64,000 nt of DNA from an uncultured Prolixibacteraceae bacterium (GCA_964605775.1 CAZSDU010000001.1:282283-346282), one strand, 5' to 3'. Positions 18,273 to 28,132 are shown, counted from the first letter of the stretch. Numbers and translations: made by a program. The notes: generated from the letters alone by a model not told the origin.

Positions 18273-19339
18273 CCGGGACTATGGGGCTTTTTGACGATCA
18301 GATTCCGAATGGCTGAAGCCAGAATACTGAGCGCAAGAATGGAAGCAATGATGATCAGGGAATGATTGGTAGATATTCTTGCTACATCATGGATCAGCAT
18401 TTTCACACCCACGAAAGTAAGCAATACCGCCAGCCCGATCTTAAGATAATGAAAGCGGTTCATGACATCCATGATCAGGAAGAAAAGAGAACGCAAACCC
18501 AGAATGGCAAAAATATTGGAGAAAAACACAATATACGGGTCCTGGGTAACAGAAAAAACAGCGGGGACGGAGTCGATAGCAAAGAGAACATCAGTGAATT
18601 CAATGATCATCAGAACGATGAACAAATGAGTGACATAGCGCTTATTGTTTTTTCGGATAAAAAAAGTGTCTGCGTGGCTGTCATGACTGACCCTGAAAAA
18701 GCGGGCCACCAGCTTGACAACAAAATGATTTTCGGTATCAATGTGTTCTTCCTTTTTGGAAATCAGAAATTCATACGCCATTTTTAACCCAATGACCACC
18801 AGTAAGCCCCCGAAAACATAAAGAAACCATGCAAAACGCTGGATCAATGCGCTGGCGGCAAAAATAAAGGCAAACCGCATCACCATGGCGCCAAGAATGC
18901 CCCAGAATAATATCCTTTTAAAGTTTTTGGGGGCAATTTTGAAAGAAAAGAAGATCATGATAATCACAAAAACATTGTCCACCGAAAGGGAATATTCGAT
19001 AAGGTAACCCGTCAGGTATTCCAGGGAAAGGTTTTTATTATAGACATCTATGGCCTGCTGGAGGGTCAATCCATCGATCCTGATGGGATGTTTATACGTT
19101 TGGATGCGCATCTGCAACTCTTCCAGGGTATCACTTCCATGAATCCAGTTTCCGTGGTAGCGGATTAAAAAATAAAACGCTAAGGAAATTCCCACCCACA
19201 GCATCGTCCAGGCCAGAGATTCCCTGAATGACAAGGCATGACTTTTTTTCTGGAAGATGCCAAGGTCCATCAAAAGCATCGACAGTATAAAGACGATGAA
19301 GGCAGAGAAAAAAACAATTTCATTCAGGTTTAAGGACAT
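18269..19339 (-). CDS. TerC/Alx-family integral membrane protein
   Basis: 356 aa, multi-TM, with the duplicated signature EYSLSVDNVFV and EFTDVLFAIDSVPAV. Confidence 0.88.
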   Translation of the reverse strand: MSLNLNEIVFFSAFIVFILSMLLMDLGIFQKKSHALSFRESLAWTMLWVGISLAFYFLIRYHGNWIHGSDTLEELQMRIQTYKHPIRIDGLTLQQAIDVYNKNLSLEYLTGYLIEYSLSVDNVFVIIMIFFSFKIAPKNFKRILFWGILGAMVMRFAFIFAASALIQRFAWFLYVFGGLLVVIGLKMAYEFLISKKEEHIDTENHFVVKLVARFFRVSHDSHADTFFIRKNNKRYVTHLFIVLMIIEFTDVLFAIDSVPAVFSVTQDPYIVFFSNIFAILGLRSLFFLIMDVMNRFHYLKIGLAVLLTFVGVKMLIHDVARISTNHSLIIIASILALSILASAIRNLIVKKPHSPG

Positions 19340-19386
19340 GTATCGTTAAGGGATTTGGATTATTGCTCAAAATTAAGAATATTTAG

Positions 19387-19394
19387 TATTTTTG
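19387..19394 (+). promoter_or_regulatory. Candidate -7 box TATTTTTG for the glutamine synthetase family gene
   Basis: TAnnTTTG match 33 nt upstream of the ATG at 19428. It overlaps the track's TTG start at 19392, which argues against that start. Confidence 0.4.
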
Positions 19395-19427
19395 TCCATT
19401 AATCAATGTTTCATCTCATTTACCATC

Positions 19428-20933
19428 ATGAACGAATCCTTGTCACTTAACCCCAACCCGCTGATAAAATTTCTTGACAAGCCCTCATCTGATTTCCGTA
19501 AAGCAGATCTGATCCGTTTTATTGAAGCCCATGGGATACAGATGATCAATTTCCGCTATTCCGCCGCGGATAGCCGGCTGAAGACCCTGAATTTCATCAT
19601 CAAAGACCGGCATCACCTCGACAGCATCCTGAGTGCCGGAGAAAGGGTGGATGGATCCAGTCTGTTTCCGAATTATATAGAGGCCGGTTCTTCTGATCTT
19701 TATGTCATCCCCAGATACCGTACAGCATTCGTCAATCCTTTCTCGGAAATACCGGCAATAGATATCTTATGCTCCTATTATGATAAAGACGGATCACCCT
19801 TTCATAATTCTCCGGAGTACATCATGCGTAAGTCGCATGAGGTACTGAAACAAAAGACCGGATATGATTTTGAAGTAATGGGAGAGCTGGAATATTATAT
19901 TATCAGTCCGGAAGATCAATTGTTTCATGCCGTTGATCAGAGGGGATATCATGAATCCTCTCCCTTTTGTAAATGGGAAAAACTCCGGATCGAAGCAATG
20001 CGTGCGATCGGACAATGCGGCGGATTCATCAAGTACGGTCATTCTGAAGTCGGGAATTTCTCAGAGTCAGGCTATTCTTATGAACAGAATGAAATTGAGT
20101 TTACCCCTGTTGCCCTCGAGGAGGCTGCCGATCAATTGATGATCACCAAGTGGATATTACGTTCTCTGGCTTATAAACATGGTGTTACCGTAACTTTTGC
20201 ACCGAAAATTACCACAGGCAAAGCCGGAAGCGGTTTACACGTACATACCCGGCTCATGAAAGACGGCCATAGCGTGATGCTGAATGACGGAACATTATCC
20301 GATACCGCCAAAAAAGCCATTGCCGGTTATCTTGATCTATCCCAATCGCTTACTGCTTTTGGAAATATGATCCCGACCAGCTACTTCCGCCTGGTTCCCC
20401 ACCAGGAAGCCCCCACAAACATTTGCTGGGGCGACCGTAACCGTTCCGTGCTGGTTCGCGTTCCCCTCGGATGGGGAAGCAAACACAGTATGATCACCGA
20501 TGCCAATCCGGAAGAACATGATACCCAGGAAGGTTTTGGCAGCCGTCAAACCGTTGAATTCAGATGCCCTGACGGTTCTGCAGACATTTACCTGCTGTTT
20601 GCCGGGTTGACCGTAGCTGCCCGTCATGGGCTTGAAATGGACAATGCCCTTGAATTAGCCAGACAAACCTATGTCGATGTCAATATTTTTGAAGAAAAAT
20701 ACAAATCCAGGGTAAACCAGTTGAAACAACTTCCCTGTTCCTGTGTCCAATCCGCTGAATTCCTTGAAAAACAACGGGCAATCTATGAAGCCCATGAGGT
20801 CTTCCCGCATAAAATCATCGACGGACTGATCTGTTACCTGAAAGGGTTCAATGACCAGCAACTCAGAGAATCCATCAAAAATAATGAAGAGGAGATTATG
20901 AAACTGGTCGGGAAGTATTTACACTGCGGATAA
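19428..20933 (+). CDS. Glutamine synthetase family protein (about 500-aa type)
   Basis: GSGLHVHTRL, DRNRSVLVRVP and VEFRCPDGSADIYLLFAG blocks match GS catalytic-domain signatures. Confidence 0.8.
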   Translation: MNESLSLNPNPLIKFLDKPSSDFRKADLIRFIEAHGIQMINFRYSAADSRLKTLNFIIKDRHHLDSILSAGERVDGSSLFPNYIEAGSSDLYVIPRYRTAFVNPFSEIPAIDILCSYYDKDGSPFHNSPEYIMRKSHEVLKQKTGYDFEVMGELEYYIISPEDQLFHAVDQRGYHESSPFCKWEKLRIEAMRAIGQCGGFIKYGHSEVGNFSESGYSYEQNEIEFTPVALEEAADQLMITKWILRSLAYKHGVTVTFAPKITTGKAGSGLHVHTRLMKDGHSVMLNDGTLSDTAKKAIAGYLDLSQSLTAFGNMIPTSYFRLVPHQEAPTNICWGDRNRSVLVRVPLGWGSKHSMITDANPEEHDTQEGFGSRQTVEFRCPDGSADIYLLFAGLTVAARHGLEMDNALELARQTYVDVNIFEEKYKSRVNQLKQLPCSCVQSAEFLEKQRAIYEAHEVFPHKIIDGLICYLKGFNDQQLRESIKNNEEEIMKLVGKYLHCG

Positions 20934-21137
20934 ATGGCTTGATTTACAGGCTGCATCTTGCTTCTCTACGGATTAACGATTAATCCATTTCCCCTCGACC
21001 GTGTCAAATTGACCGAAAAACGCAAGCGAATTATGCCAAATTTTCCGGCACCTATCAGTTTTTTTTGATGGTACAGAAATTGACCATTGCTGATCATCAA
21101 TAAAAAGTCAAACTTAAAATTAAAGGAGGACCAAACA

Positions 21138-21563
21138 ATGACACTCATTAAATGGCACAACAGAAATCCTTTGGCAGATATTGTGAATAATTTCTTTGAC
21201 AACGACATGGCGGATTTTTTTGGTAAACGGGCTTGTGATCCGGCCGCCAATATCATTGAAAACACGGATTCTTTCCAGCTTGAAATTGCTGCACCCGGTA
21301 TGAACAAAGAGGATTTTAAAATCAATCTTGAGAACAACATTCTGACCATCAGCGTAGAGGTCGAAGATCTTAAGAATGAAGAAGGAAAGAACTATACCCG
21401 CAAGGAATTTCATTATGGTTCTTTTGCCCGTTCTTTTACTTTGCCCAAAACCATTGATATGGAAAAAATCCAGGCTGACTACAGCAATGGCATACTGAAG
21501 ATTGATTTACCAAAGAAAGAAGAAGCCAGGGTTGAAGTAAAAAAAGAAATTAAAATTTCATAA
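21138..21563 (+). CDS. Small heat-shock protein (Hsp20/alpha-crystallin)
   Basis: 141 aa. Alpha-crystallin blocks (FQLEIAAPGMNKEDFKINLENNILTIS, GILKIDLPK). Strong SD AAAGGAGGA 8 nt upstream of this ATG. Confidence 0.9.
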   Translation: MTLIKWHNRNPLADIVNNFFDNDMADFFGKRACDPAANIIENTDSFQLEIAAPGMNKEDFKINLENNILTISVEVEDLKNEEGKNYTRKEFHYGSFARSFTLPKTIDMEKIQADYSNGILKIDLPKKEEARVEVKKEIKIS

Positions 21564-21589
21564 AACAAGACTGCTTAAGGATAAAACAT

Positions 21590-21620
21590 GGGGCGACCGA
21601 GAGGGTCGCCCTTTGTTTTT
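21590..21620 (+). terminator. Rho-independent terminator after hsp20
   Basis: GGGCGACC-(GAGAG)-GGTCGCCC followed by TTTGTTTTT. Confidence 0.8.
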
Positions 21621-21621
21621 A

Positions 21622-21629
21622 TACCTTTG
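21622..21629 (+). promoter_or_regulatory. Candidate -7 box TACCTTTG for the EamA transporter gene (near-leaderless spacing)
   Basis: TAnnTTTG match ending 5 nt before the ATG at 21635. Confidence 0.35.
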
Positions 21630-21634
21630 CCACC

Positions 21635-22546
21635 ATGAATCAAACCCGGCGTGCACATCTGGCGCTTCTTTGCACGACCATCATATTCGGGATGGCTTAC
21701 AACATTGTAAAGTCGCTCATGCCGGATGTGCTTTCTCCTATGCAGCTTATTTTTATCCGTTTGCTCGGCGGTCTGATAATTTTCTGGCTGTTTCAGCGTC
21801 TTTTTATCCCAGAAAAAGTTAACAAGAAAGACCTCCTGATGTTAGCCGTCTGCGGTATATTCGGATTTGCCCTGAACCAGAGCTTGTTTTACGAAGGACT
21901 GAACCTTTCCACACCGGTGGATGCTTCTTTGATTCATGTGCTCAATCCTGTCTTTGTGATCATATTTGCCAGCCTTATCCTTGGAGAAAAAGTGACCCGG
22001 GAAAAAGCAGCAGGAATTGTGCTGGGTGCTTCCGGAGTGCTGATCCTTGTATTGAATGGCCGTAGTTTTACCTTTAACGCGGATCATGTTCTAGGGAATA
22101 TCCTGATCTTGCTGAATATGGTTTTTTATGCCTTATACCTTGTTTTGATCAAACCCCTGATCGGAAAATATCATACCACCACCATCCTGAAGTGGGTTTC
22201 TTTTTTTGGTTTTCTTTTCATATTACCCTTCTCCATCAAACCCACCCTCGAAATCAATTTTCGTGAGATCAGTTTATTATCCTGGCTGGGGATCAGCTAC
22301 ATCATCATTCTGAACACCTTTGTAGCCTACCTGCTCATTAATTTTGCCCTGAAAACCGTCACGGCAACAGTAGTCAGCTATTACAGTTATTTACAACCGC
22401 TTATCGCCACCTTGTTTTCCTTGACTCTTGGACAAGGAGGAATAACCTGGGCAAAAGGACTGGCAGCCCTGCTGATCTTTTGTGGAGTTTACCTGGTCAA
22501 TTCAAACAAAAACAAGATAGCGGTTTCTCAGGATCAGAAAAGGTGA
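21635..22546 (+). CDS. EamA/DMT-family transporter
   Basis: 303 aa, about 10 TM helices in two EamA-like halves. Confidence 0.85.
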   Translation: MNQTRRAHLALLCTTIIFGMAYNIVKSLMPDVLSPMQLIFIRLLGGLIIFWLFQRLFIPEKVNKKDLLMLAVCGIFGFALNQSLFYEGLNLSTPVDASLIHVLNPVFVIIFASLILGEKVTREKAAGIVLGASGVLILVLNGRSFTFNADHVLGNILILLNMVFYALYLVLIKPLIGKYHTTTILKWVSFFGFLFILPFSIKPTLEINFREISLLSWLGISYIIILNTFVAYLLINFALKTVTATVVSYYSYLQPLIATLFSLTLGQGGITWAKGLAALLIFCGVYLVNSNKNKIAVSQDQKR

Positions 22547-23598
22547 CGGAAAGGAAGTAAAAACCACTCAAATATCTTTTCAATCAAGGCTCGTTTCTGC
22601 CATTGCTCATAATCGAAGGCTTCGGAGTTTCTGATCGTTTCCCGGATATGATCCTGAAGTTGATGAAGCACTTCAGGTTCTTTCCCGATCAGGGCAATTT
22701 CATACTGATAGCGGAAACTGCGATAGTCAAAATTGGCAGAAGAAATTGAAAAAATACTGTTATCGATCAGCAGCAGTTTAGCATGAAGATTATAGGGCAC
22801 AAAAAAGAGGAGGTTTACTCCGGATTTAGACAACATCCCAAGGTATTTATTCCTGAGAATATCGATCATTTTCACATCGGAATGCTTAGGCATAATGACT
22901 TTCACATCCACCCCCCTTTTCCCTGCCTCCATCAACGCTTTACGCAACATGAAGCCGGGCAGGAAATATGGGGTTTCGATCACGATGGAAGAATGTGCCC
23001 CGCGTATCATACGGGTGTATTTCTTCCTCAGCCTTTGCAGGGACATGGAAGGAACATCACGGATAATCTCAAAATCCCCGATTTTTATGGCCCTGGTATA
23101 GGTCACTTTTTTGGAGATGATATACGGATTGAACGCTTCGAAATTCTCCAGGAACACTTTTTTCAAGGCAAGGGTCAACTCTCCGCTGATTCTGATCGAC
23201 AGTTCACGCCAATTCAGATTATACCCGGTGATGTTGGCCGAACCGATGTAACTGATCTGGTCGTCGATGACCAGTATTTTTCTATGATCACGACGGTGAC
23301 CCCGGGTAAAGAGGTCAGTATTGATTTTAATTTTTTCGAAAAATTTTACGTCCCCGCCTAATTGGATCAATTCCGAAAAAAAAGTTTCGGAAATCGGACC
23401 TTTTCCCCAGGAGTCGATCAGCAGTTTTACAGCTATCCCTTCTTTTGCTTTCCGGGTAATGGCATCACGAAAACGGACCCCCATATGATCGTTTGAAAAC
23501 TTATACGTCTCCAGATAAATATAGTGTCTGGCCTGAGCAATGTCATGCAGCATCAGGTTATAGAACTTCAGGGTGTCGTCGATGACTAAATATTTCAT
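22534..23598 (-). CDS. Phospholipase D / cardiolipin synthase-like protein (two HKD motifs)
   Basis: HRKILVIDDQISYIGSANI and HAKLLLIDNSIFSISSANF. No N-terminal TM segment. Confidence 0.85.
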   Translation of the reverse strand: MKYLVIDDTLKFYNLMLHDIAQARHYIYLETYKFSNDHMGVRFRDAITRKAKEGIAVKLLIDSWGKGPISETFFSELIQLGGDVKFFEKIKINTDLFTRGHRRDHRKILVIDDQISYIGSANITGYNLNWRELSIRISGELTLALKKVFLENFEAFNPYIISKKVTYTRAIKIGDFEIIRDVPSMSLQRLRKKYTRMIRGAHSSIVIETPYFLPGFMLRKALMEAGKRGVDVKVIMPKHSDVKMIDILRNKYLGMLSKSGVNLLFFVPYNLHAKLLLIDNSIFSISSANFDYRSFRYQYEIALIGKEPEVLHQLQDHIRETIRNSEAFDYEQWQKRALIEKIFEWFLLPFRHLF

Positions 23599-23663
23599 TA
23601 CGTAAAGGTAATATAAGGTTTACTTCCTTTTTAGGGAATAACGATGAAATGTTTAAAATTGTT

Positions 23664-23671
23664 TAAGTTTG
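23664..23671 (+). promoter_or_regulatory. Candidate -7 box TAAGTTTG for yicC
   Basis: TAnnTTTG match 13 nt upstream of the ATG at 23685. Confidence 0.4.
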
Positions 23672-23684
23672 CTTAAAAAAAATT

Positions 23685-24569
23685 ATGATTAAGTCGATGA
23701 CCGGATATGGCAAGGCTGTGGTTGAAACACCTGGCAGAAAGCTGATCGTTGAAATTAAAGCCTTAAACAGCAAACAATCAGACCTTTCCCTGAAGTTGCC
23801 CGGCTTTTTCAGAAGTAAAGAACCTGAAGTCAGAACCCTGATCAGTCAACGCCTGGAACGTGGCAAGATCGATGTTTTCATTTTCACTGAGGATTCAGGA
23901 GAATCCTCTTTATATTCCATCAACCATACCCTGGCCAAAAAATACCATGCGGAGCTAAAAGCATTAAAGAAGGAATTAGGCGACCGCTATTCGGGGGGAT
24001 TGCTACCTCTGGTCATGAAATTTCCTGATGTTCTGCAAACCAGCCGAGAGGAGATGACAGAAAATGACTGGAAAGCCATCCTGGCAGGGATAAATCAGGC
24101 CGTGGAGCAGGTGGATCATTTCAGACAGGAGGAGGGGGATGTGCTGGAAGAAGACATTTTAGCAAGGGTTCGGACCATTCTGAATCTTCTGGATGATATT
24201 GATCCTCATGAAATGCAAAGGGTGAATGACCTCAGGGAACGTCTGAAAAGAGATTTTTTAAAATATTCCGGTGACCTTAATGGTTCAGCTCCTGATCAGA
24301 ATCGCTTTGAACAGGAATTGATTTATTATTTTGAAAAGCTTGACATCACAGAGGAAAAAGTTCGTTTGCTGAAACATTGCCAGTACTTCCTTGAAACGAT
24401 GAATGAAGACCAGGCACAGGGGAAGAAACTGGGATTTATTACCCAGGAAATGGGTCGAGAGATCAACACCCTCGGATCCAAGGCTGGTGATGCTGACATC
24501 CAGAGAATTGTGGTTCAGATGAAAGATGAGCTGGAGAAGATCAAGGAGCAACTTGGGAATATATTATAA
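23685..24569 (+). CDS. yicC: YicC-family protein
   Basis: 294 aa with the N-terminal MIKSMTGYGKA signature and the C-terminal KAGDADIQ..VQMKDELEKIKEQ block. Confidence 0.85.
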   Translation: MIKSMTGYGKAVVETPGRKLIVEIKALNSKQSDLSLKLPGFFRSKEPEVRTLISQRLERGKIDVFIFTEDSGESSLYSINHTLAKKYHAELKALKKELGDRYSGGLLPLVMKFPDVLQTSREEMTENDWKAILAGINQAVEQVDHFRQEEGDVLEEDILARVRTILNLLDDIDPHEMQRVNDLRERLKRDFLKYSGDLNGSAPDQNRFEQELIYYFEKLDITEEKVRLLKHCQYFLETMNEDQAQGKKLGFITQEMGREINTLGSKAGDADIQRIVVQMKDELEKIKEQLGNIL

Positions 24570-24576
24570 TGCAAGA

Positions 24577-25155
24577 ATGAAAGCGATGCAGGAATGTAAG
24601 AAGGCAATTATCGTTTCGGCACCATCCGGAGCGGGAAAGACTAGCATTGTAAGGCATTTGCTGGAGCATTTCTCCCATCTTGCCTTTTCCGTTTCTGCAT
24701 GCAGCCGGGCGCCCCGGGGGGATGAGCTGGACGGAAAAGATTACTATTTCATCACCTCCGATACTTTCCGTGAAAAGATTTCCCGTGATGAATTCGCAGA
24801 ATGGGAGGAAGTTTATCCGGGAAGTTTTTATGGCACCCTGAAATCGGAATTGGATCGTATTTGGGAATCGGGAAAGATTCCCATTTTCGATGTTGATGTT
24901 AAAGGAGGACTGAACCTGAAAAAATACTTTGGTGAAAAAGCCCTGGCCGTTTTTATTCAGCCTCCTTCCGTTGAAATTCTGGCTTCCCGTTTAAAGAACC
25001 GGGGCACTGAATCGGAGGATAGTTTCAGAAAAAGGATACAGAAAGCCGAGTTGGAGTTGAGTTACGCTCCGCGATTCGACAGAATCATCGTGAATGATGA
25101 TCTGGAACAGAGTTTTATGACTGCCATCGAAATGGTCAAGCTGTTTTTAAAATGA
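24577..25155 (+). CDS. gmk: Guanylate kinase
   Basis: P-loop SAPSGAGKTSI and the GDELDGKDYYF block. Start chosen at MKAMQE, just after the yicC stop. Confidence 0.9.
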   Translation: MKAMQECKKAIIVSAPSGAGKTSIVRHLLEHFSHLAFSVSACSRAPRGDELDGKDYYFITSDTFREKISRDEFAEWEEVYPGSFYGTLKSELDRIWESGKIPIFDVDVKGGLNLKKYFGEKALAVFIQPPSVEILASRLKNRGTESEDSFRKRIQKAELELSYAPRFDRIIVNDDLEQSFMTAIEMVKLFLK

Positions 25156-25736
25156 AAAAACCTTCGAGGATCGGTTTGTTTTTTGGGTCTTTCAACCCCA
25201 TCCATAACGGTCATATGATGATTGCCTCCTATATGGTCGAATTCACTGACCTGGATCAGGTCTGGTTTGTTGTTTCTCCCCATAACCCTCTCAAGGAAGA
25301 ATCAAGCCTGCTGGACGGTCATCATCGGTTGGCCATGGTGGAACTTGCCATCGGCGAAGATCTTCGTTTCCGTGCATCCGGTGTAGAATTCAAATTGCCA
25401 AAACCCTCTTATACCATCGACACCCTTCAATGTTTAGCAGAAAAATATCCCTCTCTTGATTTTACTCCCATTATTGGTTCAGATCAGATTTCCACCTTTA
25501 AAAAATGGAAGGACTGGGAGGTTTTGCTCAATCAATATCGTTTTTATGTTTATCCAAGGCTTGATGAAGATGCCGGAAAACAAGACGGGCACCCTTCATT
25601 TATTGGTATCCCCGCTCCGCTGATTACCATTTCATCTTCGTTTATCAGAGCAAGCATCAAAAACGGAAAAAATATGCAATATTTCCTCCCGGATAAGGTT
25701 TTCCGTTACATTATGGACATGCATTTTTATACATAG
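25152..25736 (+). CDS. nadD: Nicotinate-nucleotide adenylyltransferase
   Basis: 194 aa. GLFFGSFNPIHNGH and ISSSFIR blocks. ATGA overlap with gmk. Confidence 0.9.
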   Translation: MKKPSRIGLFFGSFNPIHNGHMMIASYMVEFTDLDQVWFVVSPHNPLKEESSLLDGHHRLAMVELAIGEDLRFRASGVEFKLPKPSYTIDTLQCLAEKYPSLDFTPIIGSDQISTFKKWKDWEVLLNQYRFYVYPRLDEDAGKQDGHPSFIGIPAPLITISSSFIRASIKNGKNMQYFLPDKVFRYIMDMHFYT

Positions 25737-25750
25737 TTCCTTCCGGAGTC

Positions 25751-27316
25751 TCAGAAGGGAATCAAGGCAGGAAACAGCTTCTTTATGGTTTTATCCCTGG
25801 CCAGATAATCTGGGTATCGCGAGTCAACAAAAACAGCCATCGGAATTCCTTTTTCTTTTAATTTCTGGTATTGTTTTAAGTCAGGATAATTCCCATAAGC
25901 TGTCTTCCCGCTGTAAAACATGAACATGATGGCATTATACCCACCGCAATTGAAAACAACATAATCATCTTTTGCAATCCGGGCCGCGACATATTTATCC
26001 ACCCTTGCATCCAGCCTTCTGATGCCCCAATGTGATTGTTTCACAGAGTGATCTCCATCAATCCGGTTTATTTCAAGGTTGAAATAAGCCAGGTAAAACA
26101 GCAAAGGGACAAGCAAGCAGGGAAAGAGTTTTTTCTTTGTCCTTTCCTTTATCCATTTCACACCCTTTTCGAGGGCTGCTCCTATACCCAGAAAAATCAA
26201 GGAAGAAACGATGGTACAAAACATGGGCATTTTAGTTGCAGCCAGAGTAAAGAAGAGGTAGACGAAAACCATCATCAATAATATGCCATAGCGAAGGGAG
26301 TGGTCTTTGATTCCAGAAAAAAAATAATACAACCCCGGCAGTAAAATGAACAATACAAAAAATCCACCGTATTGATACGACAGCAGCCAGAAATGATAAT
26401 AAAAATTACCATCATGGTTTTCAACGGCCTGAAAAAAATGTTGGGTATTCAGTGAAAATTCGTATTGGCTTTCCTCAGGAAAAACGTTCAGAATATAGAT
26501 TTGCCATGGCAAAACAACGAGTGCTGTAACAATAACGGCTGTTGCAAAGGGGATTAATTCTTTCTTATCAGACCAAAAAGATTTCTGAAACATCAGGGTT
26601 GTAAACCAGGCAAGGTAAACCGTCATTCCGATGAGCCATTTATTCAAAATGGCAATGCCGGCGAATAGTCCGGTCAGGATTACCCATTTCCATTTCCCGG
26701 ATGTCCGGAATTCCAACCACGACCAAAAGCTAAGCGTGACATAGAAAATGAAAGCAGCATCATTATGGTCGGTAAAATAATTCCCGCTGACGAAGGAAGT
26801 GAAATAAAAAGAAAAAGTATACAAAAAGGCGGCATACCAGGCCGTGTTTTTATTAACAAGAAGTTGACCGATGCGGAAAATTAGAAGAATCATAAAGGAA
26901 AACATTACCACAGTCGGTAATCTCAGGCTGAACTCACTGATCCCAAAAAGCTTCATGGACAAGGCTATCTGCCATAGAAACCAGGGTTGTTTATGCAACC
27001 AGACATGATTGCTTGTCCAATCACGGTAATCATAGTCAAGAACGGGATGTGTATGGAGCTGGGGTTTAAAGGGATGATCCATCATATTCCGGGCCACCAG
27101 GGCATGGAACTGCTCATCCCAGGTATTCAGGAAGGGATCCAGACCGGCAGCAATAAATCTCAGGATGAGTCCTGAAACAAACAACAGTACAAGGCTTGGT
27201 AAGATTTTTTTTTGGACAAACAAAATGACACTGATGAGTCCAACCAAAAAAGCAAGCAGAATCCAAATCAGTTGGTTATTGGAAAAATTGGTCTGTATCA
27301 AATCCGTCAGATTCAT
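25751..27316 (-). CDS. GT-C fold glycosyltransferase, family 39/ArnT-like (polyprenyl-phosphate-sugar dependent)
   Basis: 521 aa, about 12 TM helices, first-loop WDEQFHA motif. Confidence 0.72.
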   Translation of the reverse strand: MNLTDLIQTNFSNNQLIWILLAFLVGLISVILFVQKKILPSLVLLFVSGLILRFIAAGLDPFLNTWDEQFHALVARNMMDHPFKPQLHTHPVLDYDYRDWTSNHVWLHKQPWFLWQIALSMKLFGISEFSLRLPTVVMFSFMILLIFRIGQLLVNKNTAWYAAFLYTFSFYFTSFVSGNYFTDHNDAAFIFYVTLSFWSWLEFRTSGKWKWVILTGLFAGIAILNKWLIGMTVYLAWFTTLMFQKSFWSDKKELIPFATAVIVTALVVLPWQIYILNVFPEESQYEFSLNTQHFFQAVENHDGNFYYHFWLLSYQYGGFFVLFILLPGLYYFFSGIKDHSLRYGILLMMVFVYLFFTLAATKMPMFCTIVSSLIFLGIGAALEKGVKWIKERTKKKLFPCLLVPLLFYLAYFNLEINRIDGDHSVKQSHWGIRRLDARVDKYVAARIAKDDYVVFNCGGYNAIMFMFYSGKTAYGNYPDLKQYQKLKEKGIPMAVFVDSRYPDYLARDKTIKKLFPALIPF

Positions 27317-27340
27317 GGCATGGAAATATGGGGAAAAAAA

Positions 27341-28132
27341 CTACCGTATGCTTTTTGCAAATGCCTGAATGGCTGCAAGCGTTTCCCGGGGCGCTTCAAG
27401 GTATCCCATGTGCCCGCAGTTACGTAACACAAGGGCATGACTGATTTCCGGCAAAGTGATCATGTCCCAGAGTTTTGGTAAAGGAGCCCTTGAATCCCTC
27501 AGGCCAAGGATAAAAAGCAGGGGGATATGGATCGTTTTCAATAATTCTGACTGATCCGAACGGATTTTCATTCCTTCCAGAGATGCAATCACTCCTTCCT
27601 TCGACATTTTGCCTGCCGTCTTCACCAGTTTTTTAATCTCTCTGGCATATTTTTCCCTGGATTCGGGTGGAAACAACCCGGGAATGAACTGGGCTATAAA
27701 GCTGAATTTATCCTGATTGACAATTCCTATGGCCCGGTCACGGTTCGATTGTTCTTCAGGGGAATCGGCATAACAGTGGGAATGAAAAAGCGTCAGCCCG
27801 CTAAGCATATCCGGATATTTACCGGCAAAGGCGAGGGCAACATATCCTCCCATTGAATGGCCAATCATCAGGCAATTCTTGATTTTGTTCTTTTTTAAAA
27901 CAGTCCGGACAACATCAGCCTGAAGTTCCATGGGATGGGACCCTGCCAGGCATTCGCTTTTCCCATGACCCGGAAGGTCAATACAGATCACGCGGTACTT
28001 CTCTGATAAAGCCTTGGAAAATCGTTTCCAAATGTTAAGGGATTCTGTAAACCCATGAAGGAGTACGATAACTTTTCCTTTACCTTCATCTGTAAAGAAA
28101 ATGTTCTTTTTACGAAATTTAATGACTGACAT
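27341..28132 (-). CDS. Alpha/beta hydrolase
   Basis: 263 aa. HGF oxyanion region, nucleophile elbow GHSMGG, C-terminal CGHM His. Confidence 0.82.
   Translation of the reverse strand: MSVIKFRKKNIFFTDEGKGKVIVLLHGFTESLNIWKRFSKALSEKYRVICIDLPGHGKSECLAGSHPMELQADVVRTVLKKNKIKNCLMIGHSMGGYVALAFAGKYPDMLSGLTLFHSHCYADSPEEQSNRDRAIGIVNQDKFSFIAQFIPGLFPPESREKYAREIKKLVKTAGKMSKEGVIASLEGMKIRSDQSELLKTIHIPLLFILGLRDSRAPLPKLWDMITLPEISHALVLRNCGHMGYLEAPRETLAAIQAFAKSIR

Noticed and set aside
19340-19427. yybP-ykoY (Mn) riboswitch upstream of the TerC-family gene.
   Set aside because: Only about 88 nt separate terC from the divergent GS-family gene, and this space also has to hold that gene's promoter box. I saw no conserved four-way-junction-type sequence.
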